The position numbers and the translations under genes are program-made. From Rebecca billardiae RCC1528 (taxonomy: Eukaryota; Protista; Haptophyta), in assembly GCA_965240325.2 (NCBI GenBank), contig OZ251225.1, forward strand, positions 1,426,001 to 1,490,000: a stretch of 64,000 nt of DNA. Direction: 5' to 3'. Below, one piece after another: positions 1 to 12,299 of this stretch. Within the stretch, counting starts at the first letter, position 1. Each line of letters begins with the position of its first letter. The notes under the pieces were generated by a model. That model did no database searches. It was not told the origin of the DNA and saw only the letters and a program-made list of their open reading frames with translations.

Positions 1-1006
1 ACTGCACAGCTACCAGCGGTGCGGCCGAGTCGAGCACGTCCATCTCGCCGCGCTCGGACGCGACCCGCCGGCCCAGCTGCCTCAGGACAACCTGGAAGAG
101 CAGCGAGTATAGCGGGAGGGCGACCACCCGGATGATTGTCTTGGCGACGTCACTGAGCGAGCTGAAGTACAGGATCAGCGTGCGTGCACCGAGGAGGCAG
201 CCCCCCACGAGGACGGGGATGGCGATCGCGTACTGCGTGGAGGTCCTGCGCGACTTGCCCGCCGCGCGCAGCTGGCGGTATGAGCAGAGCGCGACGGCCA
301 CGGGGGGATAGACGTACATGAACGACACGTACTCGAGCGCCGTGAGCTGGGCCTTGTGTCGCTGATCCGTCCAGAACGTGTACCACATCGCCGCGTACAG
401 GCCAGCGACGACGAGTGCGTCGCGCACATGGACCAGCCACCGCTGACGGCCGGCAAGGAACGCCACAGTGGATGCGGCGGGGACGAGCCAGCCCATGAGC
501 GCTGCGACCAGCATGGCCGTGACGAACGCGTAGTACGAGGTTGCTGGAATGTCAGCAGCCTGGCTGTCGCCCACATCCGCCGCGATGGCCGTCATTCGGG
601 CGTGCTCCCCAGCACGCGCGTGGACGTGCAGCGCGTAAGTCCACCAGATGTTGCGCCCGATCAGCGCAACCAGGAGCGACAGCGCCACCGTGGCGAGCTC
701 GAGCATCTTGACCTCGAGAACAAACCACCACACTGCATTATATACCCCTCGTCCACCGCCCCTATGCCCGGCGAGGCAAGCGCTTCCCTCGCCTCCTTCT
801 CGGTCCGCGCCTGCGTCCTGCTTCTCTGACGTGATGGCCTGCGCACCGCGCACCGCTGCGTCACGCCCCACAGCGTCTCCGGGGTGGACTGCCGTGCGCG
901 TCTTTGACCATGCAATCTCATCCGACGGCTGGTGTGCCCCAGCTGCCGCATCGTGAGCGCCGTCGCGTGCAGGCGCCGCCGCCACCACCGTGATCCATGT
1001 GAACAT
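1..1006 (-). CDS. Multi-pass membrane protein, hypothetical; 3' end runs off the left edge of the window
   Basis: Manual translation of the minus strand from ATG at 1006 stays open to position 1 (MFTWITVVAAAP...AVWWFVLEVKMLELATVALSLLVALIG...YYAFVTAMLVAALMGWLVP...AIAIPVLVGGCLLGARTLILYF...IIRVVALPLYSLLFQVVL). It has several hydrophobic helices. It is absent from the ORF track because it has no stop in the window. Confidence 0.7.
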   Translation of the reverse strand, partial: MFTWITVVAAAPARDGAHDAAAGAHQPSDEIAWSKTRTAVHPGDAVGRDAAVRGAQAITSEKQDAGADREGGEGSACLAGHRGGGRGVYNAVWWFVLEVKMLELATVALSLLVALIGRNIWWTYALHVHARAGEHARMTAIAADVGDSQAADIPATSYYAFVTAMLVAALMGWLVPAASTVAFLAGRQRWLVHVRDALVVAGLYAAMWYTFWTDQRHKAQLTALEYVSFMYVYPPVAVALCSYRQLRAAGKSRRTSTQYAIAIPVLVGGCLLGARTLILYFSSLSDVAKTIIRVVALPLYSLLFQVVLRQLGRRVASERGEMDVLDSAAPLVAVQ

Positions 1007-1452
1007 CGCGGCCTCCGTTGATGTCGGCGAGCGATCGGACGGCCTTGAGCAACGATTGGTGCAGTTCGCGCCTCGGCCGGAGCACGAGATCCCTGGTCCG
1101 GAAGTTGAAGGACCCGGACGATGAAGACTGGCGGATGACCGTTAATTTCGAATTCGACAATCGACAGGCAGACCTGGGTGATCCAGACAGGTCACTGCAC
1201 AAGTCTAGTCGTAGTAGTTGCAGTTGCAGGCGTGCATGCCCTCTGGTTCAATGACTGCGTTGCTAGTGTCACGCGTGGACAAATAAGGTCGTTCATCTGC
1301 TCACCAGCATCATCCTGAGAGCTGGTCCAACGGCGTGTGACCGACGGTGATGGTCTCAGCGTCGCCGGTTCGTCGGCTGCCAATCGCCGTGCCGCCTACG
1401 CCGTGCGCGGGTTGACCGGCGGGCAGATCGCCCAAGGCTCCGTGCGGGCCGC

Positions 1453-2190
1453 CTAGTCCTCAATGACCTGGACGTCGATGACGTCGCCAGCGCTGCCTCC
1501 AGCTGACCCACCCCCCGGGCCGTCTGCGAGGCGAATCTGTCCGAGCCCAGGCGCGCTCACCACGGTCTGCATCTCGCGCACCGCCCCGTCCCCGTCGATC
1601 AGGGCCTGCACCTGCGCGGTGCCCGAGGCCCTCTCCCCCTGGATGGGCACGATGAGCGACACCTGCTTGCGCACCTGGCCGTTGACGTTCATCGAGGAGA
1701 ATCCCTGCGAGACCGGGTCGCCAGCACTCGCACGGCCAAGCGCCGACTTGATGCGGTTGTCCGCGAGCAGCGCGCTGTCCAGCCTGGCGAGGACCTCCTC
1801 CAGGTCTCTCGATTGCTCGGCGACGGCAGCTGCCATCATTCCACCAACTGACTTCATCAGTGGCGCCGCCAGGGCGCCAAAGATGCCGGTGTCGCGGAGC
1901 ATGGTGTCGACTGATTTGTCCACTTCGCGCTGACGCTTTGCTATGGCCGCCTCCTTCTTCTTCTCCGCTTCATCCTTGGGCTTGAAGAGCTTGCCGATGG
2001 ACTCGCCGATCTTGCTGAGCGCACCGAGCGGCCCCTCGCCGTCATCGGCTGCGACGATGCAAGCACGCGGATGAGCGATGCGGCTATGCGTGAGTGGGCG
2101 TGTGTGCAGCCCAGCAACGCGATAGGCGCGGGTGCTCGTGCACGCGAGAGCAACCAGCGCGATCGGGAGCACGTGGCGGACGGACGACAT
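1453..2190 (-). CDS. Hypothetical protein with a signal peptide plus transit-like presequence (probably plastid-targeted)
   Basis: ORF 1453..2283 with likely start MSSVRHVLPIALVALACTSTRA, then an R/H/S/T-rich segment and a globular domain with natural composition (…SQGFSSMNVNGQVRKQVSLIVPIQG…DVIDVQVIED). Confidence 0.7.
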   Translation of the reverse strand: MSSVRHVLPIALVALACTSTRAYRVAGLHTRPLTHSRIAHPRACIVAADDGEGPLGALSKIGESIGKLFKPKDEAEKKKEAAIAKRQREVDKSVDTMLRDTGIFGALAAPLMKSVGGMMAAAVAEQSRDLEEVLARLDSALLADNRIKSALGRASAGDPVSQGFSSMNVNGQVRKQVSLIVPIQGERASGTAQVQALIDGDGAVREMQTVVSAPGLGQIRLADGPGGGSAGGSAGDVIDVQVIED

Positions 2191-2444
2191 CGTGAATTCC
2201 GCGGACGTGCGCCGCGGCGGCGGCCGGCGAAGCGTCTGGAAGTCTGGCGGACGAAGACTAATTCTTGATGGAGACTTTTTCAACGTTCAGTCACCGCCCT
2301 TGGTTCAGTATTACGTCGGTTTGGTTTGCGACGAAGCACATGCTCGTCGGAGCGCATGAAGTTGTGCAGCACGACTATCAAAGTGGTGACACTGGCAGCC
2401 GTGTCACGGGCGTGTGGGAAGCACTTGATGATGCTCCAAGCCTT

Positions 2445-4724
2445 TCAGCCGGCCTCGCACAGGGCATCGACTTGCGGCAGACCACCGACCGCTGTGCACA
2501 GGCCTCGGACCAGCCGCGCGGCCCGCGCCCAGCTGCCGATGAACTCGGGCAGCGCGAACGAGCCGCACTCGGCCGGGTCGTAGCACGGGTCGTCCCAGTC
2601 CCACGCGGGCGGCGCCTCCGCGGCCGACGACTTCTCCGGCGCGGGGCGGGGCGTGCTCGCATCGGACTGGCGGCAGAGCTGCGCGAGGTGCGCGCAGAGC
2701 GCGAGCACGCCGTCGCGCTCGGCGTGACTGAGAGCGGAGCCGCGCCCGCCGGCCTCCTGCCTCGAGCCGCGCGCCGAGCTGCCGCCGCCGGCGCGCGCCT
2801 TGGGGCCGCCACCCGCGCGCTGCACGGCGCGCGGCTCCTCGCGCGCCCATTCGACGCCGAGCTCGCGTGCGTGCCGAAGCGCCGCGAACCAGTGCACGTC
2901 GGGGGAGCGAGGGTACCTGCTCTCCGCGTCGATCCCCGCGCGCCGCTCGATCGCGAGCGCCCGCAGCTGCGCGCGCGCGTGCGCGGTGTGCAGGAAGTTG
3001 CCGCCAAACACGACCGAGTCGACGGGCGTGTGCACCGCGTGGATCCAGAGGCTCGGGATCAGCAGCGTGTCGCCCGCGCGCAGCTCGAGGCGCGCGCACG
3101 CGTCGGCGCGGCGGCCGAAGAAGGTCGCCGCCTGCTCGTCCGAGCGCGACCACTCCTCGAACGCGCGCAGATTTGCCGCGCTCGGCGGCGCGACGAAGAA
3201 GGTCTTGGCGCCGCGCACAACGTGGTACCACACGGATGTGCCGCCCATGTCGACGTGGAAGTCGGTGAAGGAGCCCTGCGTCCCGAGCAGACAGTACTTG
3301 GCGACGCGCGGCGCGGCGGCGGCGGCGTGCGCGGGCGCACTCGGCCACGCGGTCAGGGCCCAGTCCGCCGCGCGCACCGCCGCGGGCGGCTCGACGAGCG
3401 CGCCCAGCGCCGTCTGCGAGATCTCGAGGGAGATCAGGTTGAGCAGACGCGTGCGCTTGCTCACCGGCCGCGTGCGCATGTGCGCCGCCCACGCCGCGAA
3501 GCTGAGCTTGCGCGTCTCCTGCGTGGCGACGTCGAGCACGTCGAGCGTGTGCTCCTCGCCGCCGAGCAGCCGGCCGACGTGCTCCACGCCGAGCGGGCGC
3601 TGCCCCACGCGCACGGGCACTCGGAGCCCGAGGCGCGGGCACGTCCAGCACACGGCGTCCGTGCTGCCGCCGCTGCGCTGCTTGGCGCCCGCGGCGGTGG
3701 CAGGCGCGGGCGCCGCAGCGCCGTCGTGCGGCGTGGGCCCCGCGCGCCACACGGTGGGCCGGTCGAATCCGCCCGTCCGGAGCCAGTCCAGCGGCACGGC
3801 CGAGGCCTCCTCGCCCACGCCGCCCTCCTCGCCAGCCGGCAGCTCGCAGCCGGCGTCGCGCGCGAGGCCAGCCTCGCACGCCTCAGGCACGGGCTCGGCG
3901 CCGAGCAGCCGGCCAAAGAGAGCGGCGAGTGGCGCGCCTTCGAGCTCGGGCGCGGTCTCGGCCTCGGCCCAGAGCGACTGCGTGCGCTGCCATGCGGGCC
4001 GCGCCACGCCATCGTCCTCGCCCTCGTCGTCCTCGCCATACCTGAGCCGCTTGCGAGTCCGCGCCGCGCGCCGGGGAGGAGTACGCTCGGCCGCGCTCTC
4101 GGGGTCCTCCTCTGCCTTGGCGCCCGTGGCCGGCACGGCCGGCCGCGCGGAGGAGGTCTGGGCGGGGCCCACGAGCGTGCTGCCGAGCGCGTCGAGCAGG
4201 ATGCGCAGCTCCGCGTGCTGCGCCTCGCTCACGCCGTGCTTGAGCTGAAGGTCTGCGGTCGCGATCTGGCACGCTCGCTGCGCGAGCGAGCTGTCTGAGA
4301 GCAGCGAGCGCAGCTCGCGCGTGTACGCGCGCAGCTCGAGGACACGCGAGCATGCGGATGGGCCGGCATCGGCTGCGCACGCGGTGCCAAGCACGGCGGC
4401 CCAGCGCCTGAGCAGTGGCGCGCGGCACGCGTTGCAGTAAAAAGTGGGGATGGAGCGCGAGCGATGCTCGGCGATGGGTGGCACGATGCATTCGCCATGG
4501 AACCACTCCTCGCACCGATCACACCAGATGTAGAACCGATTGGGGTCGTACCGCGTGCGGCACACGCAGAAGAGCGTGGGCTCGTCCTCGGGCGCCTGCT
4601 GCATGCGGGCTTGCCGGGTGGGCGGGCTGAGGCCGCGAGATGGACGTGGTCTTTTTGTGACGCTCACATCGCGGCGTCCACCCGGCCGGCGAGCGTCCAA
4701 AAGTTCAGCCGAGGGAGTGGACAC
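2445..4724 (-). CDS. PHD finger + JmjC histone lysine demethylase (KDM7/PHF8/JHDM1-like)
   Basis: PHD: LFCVCRTRYDPNRFYIWCDRCEEWFHGECI...FYCNAC. JmjC: KYCLLGTQGSFTDFHVDMGGTSVWYHVVRGAKTF...LLIPSLWIHAVHTPVDSVVFGGNFLH, with intact H-x-D...H iron ligands. Confidence 0.93.
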   Translation of the reverse strand: MSTPSAELLDARRPGGRRDVSVTKRPRPSRGLSPPTRQARMQQAPEDEPTLFCVCRTRYDPNRFYIWCDRCEEWFHGECIVPPIAEHRSRSIPTFYCNACRAPLLRRWAAVLGTACAADAGPSACSRVLELRAYTRELRSLLSDSSLAQRACQIATADLQLKHGVSEAQHAELRILLDALGSTLVGPAQTSSARPAVPATGAKAEEDPESAAERTPPRRAARTRKRLRYGEDDEGEDDGVARPAWQRTQSLWAEAETAPELEGAPLAALFGRLLGAEPVPEACEAGLARDAGCELPAGEEGGVGEEASAVPLDWLRTGGFDRPTVWRAGPTPHDGAAAPAPATAAGAKQRSGGSTDAVCWTCPRLGLRVPVRVGQRPLGVEHVGRLLGGEEHTLDVLDVATQETRKLSFAAWAAHMRTRPVSKRTRLLNLISLEISQTALGALVEPPAAVRAADWALTAWPSAPAHAAAAAPRVAKYCLLGTQGSFTDFHVDMGGTSVWYHVVRGAKTFFVAPPSAANLRAFEEWSRSDEQAATFFGRRADACARLELRAGDTLLIPSLWIHAVHTPVDSVVFGGNFLHTAHARAQLRALAIERRAGIDAESRYPRSPDVHWFAALRHARELGVEWAREEPRAVQRAGGGPKARAGGGSSARGSRQEAGGRGSALSHAERDGVLALCAHLAQLCRQSDASTPRPAPEKSSAAEAPPAWDWDDPCYDPAECGSFALPEFIGSWARAARLVRGLCTAVGGLPQVDALCEAG

Positions 4725-5273
4725 TATAGATCAAAAGGCCGTCGTTGGTGGAGATGTAGTGACGAGCGACTACAGGAATGTAATCAGATTGCTCCAGCAG
4801 GACGACGACCAGCCTCTGATAGCTTACTGCAGGACCGTCGATGACGGCTCAGCCAACGACAGCCGCTCCGCCGCGCGACGGGCCTGGCGTATTCGCGTTC
4901 ATTCGCCAGATTCGCCTGGCGGCCGAGACAAGTGCCAGCTGACTGGGGGTGAGCGCGGACGGCGGAGGCTGGCCAGCAGCCTGGCAGCGGAGCCCTGCGG
5001 ATGAAGGCGCTCTGCATGCGGGCACGGGACAGCGGCACGCCACGTGGCCGCGGAGGCGCGCCCACACTCGCGCGCCATGCGCCACTGCCCCGACTCCCAA
5101 GGCGGCAGCCGTCGCGCTCGGAGCGCGGTGGCCAACAGCGAGTCGGCGCGTCCGATCTCGTCACTCCAGGCGCGCTGGCCGCACGCGGCGCCGCGCACGG
5201 GAGCGCGCCGGCTGGGTGCGAGCAGAGCCCGAGGGCGGGCGGCGGGGCCGTGCGGCGAGCCTCGTCTCCGCTC

Positions 5274-6793
5274 TCAGCGCTTCAGGTCAGCCGGCCGCTT
5301 GCCCTGCTTGTCCACCTCGTCCGTCGGAGCGCCGGCCGCGAGCAGCAGCTTTGCAACCTCGGCCTGGCCGCTCTCATATGCCCACCACAGCGGCCCGCGC
5401 CCGTCCTCGGAGCGGATCTTGACGGCGTTCGGGTCGGTGGCCAGCCAGTACGCGACGCCGTCCGCGTCGCCCACCTCGATCAGCTCGCGCAGCATCGTCG
5501 GGTCGGCCTTGCTGCTCTTCTTCTTGGCGCCGGGCTTGGCGCCGCCGCCGTCCTTGGCCTTCCCCTTGGAGCCCGCCGCCGCCGCGCCGCCGCCGCCGTC
5601 GCCGCTGCCGCCGCGCCCCTCCATGCGCGCCATGTACTCGTCATAGTACTTCTTGGCGCTCTCGTCCGAGCCGACGTTAAAGTCCTCGAGCTGCTTGAAA
5701 GCCTTCTTCTTCTTCGCCAGCCAGTCCAGGGCGGGCGGGTACTGCCCCGAGCAGTACCACGAGCCGGGCGCGTCGCACACGCGGTTGGCCCTGTCCGCCA
5801 CCCACTCCTTGGATTCCTTCGAGACCGAGAGCACCTTGAAGATGCGCACCTTGCCGTACTTGGAGGTGTACACCTGCGCGCGGGGCGCGCGGCGGGGGCG
5901 GGGCGCGCGCCCAGGCGCGGCAGTGAGTGGGCGCGCACGCGCGCGCGGCGTGTGCGCGGGGGCAAAGTGGCGCGCGCCGGCGAGCGCGCAGGGCGAGACA
6001 GAGCAGCGGCCGGCGAGGCGGCGCGCGCGCGCGCCACGGTGTGCGCGCCAGCCGCCGCGCACCTCGCGGAAGCGGCTCGGGTCGACCTGCACGCCCGGCC
6101 GGTGGTTGTGCGAGTGCAGCTTGTACAGCAGCGAGTTCTCCATCATCGGCGTGGGCGTGCCGCCCGCGTAGAAGCCGAACTGGCGGCAGGTCGGGTCGCC
6201 CGGGCAGATGTCGTCATACACAGAGTTGCCGATGCGCGCCATGTGCGGCGACTTGGCGAGGTCGTCGCCGCCTGCGACGGCGCGGCAGCGGCACAGGCGC
6301 GCGACACACACACACGCACGGAAAGAGAGAGAGAGAGAGAGACGCAGGCGGTCAGCATGCGCGCCCGCCATGGCTGCGCGCGCACACCCGCCGGGCGCGG
6401 CGGCGGGTGCGGGCGTCTTTGGCGCGCGCGCACCGCCGCCCGCCCAGACGAGGACGTAGTCAGCGAGGTGGCGCACGATGCGGTGCGCGTGGACCTCCGG
6501 CGCGGTGAGGCAGCGGCCGAGGGTCGCGATGTGCTCGTGGTTCCACGTGTTGCCGTCGGCAATCGTCGTGCGGTTCGCGATGCCGGTGATCTGGTAGCCT
6601 GCGGCGGAGCGAGCGCGGCGCGTAGGTGGGCGGGCGCGGGAGGGTCGTGAGCGGGGGCCGGCGGTGCGAGCCATGCCGCGCGCCGCGGGCAGGCCCGTGC
6701 TCCTCGGCCCGTCAGGCTGTGGTGCGGCCGGTCTCCGCGCGGCGAGCGGGCGCGTCCACGCCCGTCGCCCCGCGCCGCACCGCCCGCGCTCTC

Positions 6794-6843
<50 letters not shown>

Positions 6844-8871
6844 ACCGTAGTCCCACCACGCCATCACGCGCGAGTCGGCGGGCGTGTTGTCGCGCAGCCA
6901 CCAGTACGCCTCGCGGTAGTCGTCGATGATCACCGGCTGGCCGTCGCGCAGGTGCGCCTTGAACATGATGGATGGCTGCGACATGCCCGCCGCCATCTGC
7001 TGGCAGATGTCGTAGAACTCGCGGAAGTAGCGCAGCTGCGCCCAGAGGATGCCGACGGCGAGCACGACGCGAGCGACGCGCATCGGCGGCGCGTTGTACG
7101 CTCGCTTCACGCCGTCGCTCAGCTTGCCGAGCGAGCCCGAGCCGCCGCCCTTCTTGCGGCCGCCGCGCTTGGCGGCCTCCTTCGCGGCCTCCTTGGCGGA
7201 GAGCGCCTCGGCCGCCTTGCCGGGCTTGCCAGGCTTGCCGCCCTTGCCCGCCGCCGACGCCGCCGCTTCGCTCGCCTTGGCCGCGGCTGCGCGCCGCGCG
7301 GCCGCCGCGTCCTCCTCCGCGTCGTCCGCGTCCGCGTGCGACGCCTGGTTGGCGAGCCAGCCGAACTGCGCGACGGCCCAGTCGAAGAGCAGGCCGGCGG
7401 TGATGCCGGAGAGCGCCGAGGCGACCGGGCCGAGCAGGATGATCAGCCGCACCATCTTGTTGCAGAAGTAGTACCCGACGATGCCGTAGGCGAGCAGGAA
7501 CGACTTGGCGGGCACGCGCTGCGTGTCAAAGTGCTGGTCGGGGTACTCAGGCGAGAGCCACGCGCGCACCGCGGCGAGGAGCGCGAGGCCGAGGGTGTAC
7601 AGCCAGCCGACCGGCGCGAGGTAGCACGTCCACACCTGCAGGTACTGGAAGTACGCGTTGTTGCTCGCCGGCTGGTGCTCCGCCACCGAGTCGACGAGCG
7701 GGTTGCCCGTGCGCGTGTGCTTGACAAAGAGGCCGCGCACGCGCGACGAGAGCGGCCCAAAGTAGCCGGTCGGGTAGAGCGTCGCGACGACGAGGGCGGC
7801 GGCGAGCGCGGCGACGGAGAAGACGGTGGTGCGCAGCTTGAACGCCTCCTTCGGCGAGAGCCCCCGCTGCCGCCGGATCACCTCCGACAGCTCGAGCAGC
7901 TGCATGAAGGCGAAGACGCCGAACGCGCCGAGCTGCTCGAGCGACTTGAGCGGCGTCCAGCCGACCACGGGCACGCACATCGCGCCGTACGTGCCGATGA
8001 TGTAGAAGAGGCTGTACGCCCTGTGCAGCGAGGAGGTGTACCGCCCGAGCAGCACGAGCATCCCCGCGTGCAGCGCGATCATGTTCAGCACGAAGATGTA
8101 CCCGCCCCACGCGGCGACCATGTACGTGTACGCGAGGCCCGTCAGGACGCCGACCGGCCACGACCGCTCGTTGCGCACGGAGCGCACCCAGAGGTAGAAG
8201 GTGAGGTTGAGCGCGGTCAGCGCGATCGACTCGTTGTCGTACCCGCCGCCCACCGAGCGCATCAGGTGCGCCGGCACGATCGCCATCACCGCCGCGGCGG
8301 CGACGCCCGCGTTTGGCGAGCGGCTCGCCTCGGTCGTGATCAGCCCGACGAGCAGCGTGGCCGAGACGCCGAACCACGCCGGGACGAAGCAGCACACGTC
8401 GTTGAGGCTCATCTTGAGCGACTTGAGCCCCGTCGCCTTCAGCATCCGCCAGATCGCCACCGCGGTGATCTGCATCCCAGGGTAGATCGTCGTGCCGATC
8501 GGCCGGCCGAGCGGGTACCACGACATGTAGTCGAACCACTTGAAGAACTTGGACCACCCATGATCAGCGAGGTACTGCGTCGCGCGGAAGTTGAACCACG
8601 GGTCGAACTGCCCGCAGCACGCAGCACCGACGGCCGGGATGGGGCGGGGGCGGCGCGGGAAGACGGGTCACGCGGCTGCGCGCGCGCTCCGTCCGCGCGC
8701 GCGCGCGCGCGCGCGCGGCAGTTGGGCGAGCGGCCGCCACGCGAGGGAGCTGCGACCCACCTCGTGGATCACCCTGCCGAACTCGCGGATCGCGTGCAGC
8801 CGAATGTCGTACGCGCTGTACGCGACCGCCAGCAGCGCGAGCGCGCGAGCGAGTGACGAGCCCCACCCCAT
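5274..8871 (-). CDS. STT3: Oligosaccharyltransferase catalytic subunit STT3 with C-terminal ankyrin repeat(s); 5 exons (8871-8761, 8607-6846, 6598-6434, 6271-6063, 5873-5274)
   Basis: Motifs IHE|FDPWFNFRATQYL, SWYPLGRPIGTTIYPG, RSVGGGYDNE, AAWGGYIFVLN, SVAEHQP, DDYREAYWWLR, WWDYG|YQI and DDLAKSPHMARI. GT-AG introns join these in frame. Confidence 0.97.
6789..6843. repeat. (CT)n microsatellite fused to a (CG)n run inside STT3 intron 2
   Basis: ctctctct...ctctcgcgcgcgcgcgcg directly visible next to the donor site. Confidence 0.9.
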
Positions 8872-9503
8872 GCTCGCACTCGGCGCAGCGGGCGGCGACG
8901 CCCTCGTGCGCGCGCGGTCTCGAGGCGCGCCTTGACGTGGCGCCCCGGACTACAATATTGATCATCCGGAAGGACAAGCTCGCGCTCGGCGGGCGCGCGG
9001 CAGCGGCAGGTACGCTTTGGCGAAACCCCCCGGACCGCGCTGCGCCAACACACCAACAACAGCCGGACTCCCCAGTAGAAACTTCCACCGTTCTTTTACT
9101 TCAGAGCTTCTCTGATCAGCTGTGAGTCGTGATCCTACGAGATCTTGAATTTCATGTCCCCAATTCCATCCAATGATTGTATGTCGGCCTGGCCGGCGTG
9201 GCCGCTGAAATATTTGCGATGGAGAGATCTCCGATCTCGTCCAATATCTGGAGCCATTCTTCCAATCGTACTTATTGTGAAAAGTCTTACAAAGTATATG
9301 CAAAGTAATGAAGGCATGGCTAAATAACGAAGCGCGTCATCAGCAAGTAATTTTGCTAGTAGAATCGGGCTTGTGGGTGGCGGGTGGTTCGGGGATCTTG
9401 CACTGGCAAACGAGCGTGAGAATAATGCCGCCGCCGCGTTGGCGCCCGGGGAGTGAACCAAGTTCGAGAGCCACGCCGCTTCGGCATCGAGGCGACTCAC
9501 TGG

Positions 9504-10473
9504 ATGGCAGCGAGCCTCAACGGGGCACAGGTCGACGGCTCGTACACAAACAAGGAGAGTTTGATGACGCGGAACGACGGCGCGGGGGCTGGCCTGCCCC
9601 CGCAGCCCATGGCGGGCATCGCGGACGGATCACTGGCAGTGCCACCCGCGCCTGCTTATGCTTCCGCCGAGCGCGGAGCGGGGCAGCACGCGCAGTTTTG
9701 GCCGTCGGCTTCGAACCGGAGCGGGCTGGGCGGTGGCGCTGCCGTCGCTCTCGGCGCGGGCGTCTCGAGTGGCATGGCGCATGGGTCGCAGCAAGGCAGT
9801 ACGGCCGCTGCCTTGGCTGCTGCTTTCGCCGCTGCCAACGGCATGAATGGGGGCGGCCTCGGCGGCGTGGCGGGGAGTGACCAGGCCTTTGCGGAGGCGC
9901 TCGCGCACGCACACGGCGGGGGCGCCGGCGCAGCAGACGGAGGCGCAGGCGAGGATGCGCAGCAGCAAATGGCCGCTGCGGCCCGGCGCGAGTGCATACG
10001 ACAGCTCACGGTGCAGCTGCTCGCATGCTCGCGCATGCCAGTCGAGCAGGTCCAGCGGGAGGCCATGGTGGACGCTGTGCTCAAGCAGCTGCGTTCGCTG
10101 CTGCTCGGGGAGAGCGAGGGGAGCAGCGGCACGACGAGCGCGCGGCTGACGGGCACCTGGGCCGACGATACTTCGTCGATGCTGCAACAGCCCGCGCTGG
10201 GCGTCAGCATGCCCATGCAGCCAGCTCGGTCGGTCGGGCTGGGCGCGTCGCTTGGGTTCAACTACCCGGCGCAGTCGATGGTGCAGCCGGGGCTCGCGCA
10301 GCTGGGTGCGCGCGGCGATAGCGCCGGTGGCGTGGGCGCGGGCGTGAGTGCGGCGGGCATGCTCGGTGGCTTCAACATCCCCAACGTCGGCGCCCTCGGT
10401 CAGGGCGGAGGCGGGAGCGAGCTCCCGCCCGAGACGCTCCTGGCGCTCAACCACCTGATGCAGCAGCAGCGGC

Positions 10474-10512
<39 letters not shown>

Positions 10513-10658
10513 GCCTGCCGGGTGGGTGGCCACCAGCCAGCGTGGCGCAGGGTGACAACGGCGCCATGGCAGCGGCCGTCGCTGCGGCGTCGACGCAGCA
10601 GATGCAGTTCTTCGGGAACGGCGGCTCGCCGTACTTCGGCAGCTTCGCCAAGCAGTGA
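9504..10658 (+). CDS. Low-complexity Gly/Ala/Gln-rich protein with polyQ tract (possible transcriptional regulator)
   Basis: ORF from ATG 9504 (MAASLNGAQVDGSY...). It has a short helical core (RRECIRQLTVQLLAC...DAVLKQLRSLLL), a polyQ tract and a natural-looking C-terminus. No recognisable domain. Confidence 0.7.
10461..10511 (+). repeat. (CAG)n coding trinucleotide repeat
   Basis: cagcagcagcggcgg(cag)12 encodes QQQRRQQQQQQQQQQQQ. Confidence 0.95.
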
Positions 10659-10856
10659 GCGAGCGCCCTGGGCCTGTTCCCCTCCCAGTGACCCAGTCCT
10701 CGCTCGCGGCCAATTCAGGCTGGTGGCGTGCCGGCGACCTGGACAAGCACGGGTGCGCCCATCATGGGTCGCCCCCCGAAACCAGCGTGAAGCAAACGAC
10801 GCTCGCTCTGTGCGATCGCCATCAGCTGGTGGCTGTGGGACTTGCAGAGCGTCGTG

Positions 10857-10910
10857 CAGATGGCGAGCTCGCACTTCCTCCGAACAGATGGCGAGCTCGC
10901 ACTTCCTCCT
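10857..10910. repeat. Short tandem duplication (cagatggcgagctcgcacttcctcc x2)
   Basis: Two identical ~25-bp copies with a period of 29 bp. Confidence 0.85.
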
Positions 10911-12299
10911 TCGTGACGTGACTCTGGAGACCGAGACGTCCGAGTCACGTCACGAAGGCCAGACCATCACAGCAGCCGAGTGCGGCGGCGCGGCCCGCGC
11001 GCGGCGGCGCGGCAGAGGCTGGGACGACCGTGGTGAGCGAGTCACCTTGGTTACAAGGGGCTTAGAACGTGCGTCATCCCTAGCTAACTGCTAAGCCTAC
11101 TATGACCGCGTTCCGCGGTCCTTCCGTAGAACCAACGCAGTTAGGGACCCGCGGTGCACCCTCCGTCGGCTGCTGTCTTGCAGTCTGCTGTCTGGCATGT
11201 GTAACAGTTTAGACGCCTGAGCTGCCATCAACTCAGTTGCCGCCGACCGGGGCCGGGCCGGCGGGCGGCCGTGCCAGCGGGACTGTCGCCGATAGCCAGT
11301 CCGCGACCGCAGCATGTACCGGTTGAAACGTCGCTACCATTGATGCCTCCACCCTCCACCTGGTCGTCGGGGATTGCAAGCATGGCTGCGTCGAGTACAG
11401 GGTCATGGAACTCGTCGACCCCGGCTCGTACTCCTCTATCGCTGCCAGCAAGCTGCGCGTTGGCTCCAACTCGCTGGGCCACTCACAGTTGACATGAGCG
11501 AGCGCCGGACACGGTGCTGCTGCTGGACTGCTCCGTCGCGGCGGATGTGGCGAGCGAGACGATGGAAGGGCTCGCGAGCAGCGCCGCCAGCAGCGCGCCG
11601 AGGTAGCACGTGGTGCCGAGGTTGCGCGTGCCCAGGCAGGCTGAGCATGCCGGCCTGGCGCGCGCTCGGCTGCTTGGAGGCCGAGTGCATCGGAGTGGAG
11701 GGCCGCTCCGAATCGCGCTGGCCCTCGCGCGGCACGCCTGCGCCTGCCGCCGAATCGCGCTGGCCCGCGCGCCGCGCGCCTGTGCGGTGTGCCTGCATCA
11801 GCGCCCCCGCCCCCGCGGGGCGGGCGGGCGGCTGCTGGCGGCTGATCACCGTCGAGCGCTGCGAGCGGCGCGAAGCGGTTTGCGGCAGCGCTTGTGGTGA
11901 AGTCCGTGACCAGGCGTTTCGCGCCACCGCCGCCGAGCGTGCCCACCGCCTCCAGCGCAGAGCGGACCCCGTCGAGGAGGTGGGAGATCACGGCGCACGC
12001 TGCACGGCCGTGCTTCTGGGCAGCCGCCGAGAGCGTGTGCTTTCCCCGCACGACGGCGATAGCTGCCTCGATGTATACGAGCGTGTTCACGTTCATCGTT
12101 TTCTTGACGAGCCCAACCTCACGCAGAGCGGCTCAGTACGCGGCGCGCGCAGTCCTCCTCGGCGTCGCAAGTCCATGCAGTCGTCGCGGCATGCTGTAGT
12201 GGCCAACTGTCGATCTACCGGCACCGTGGGCAAAGCGGGTCGTCCTCGCGACGCGAAGTTTCACCATATTATTATGGCATGCTGCTGATGCTATACTTT

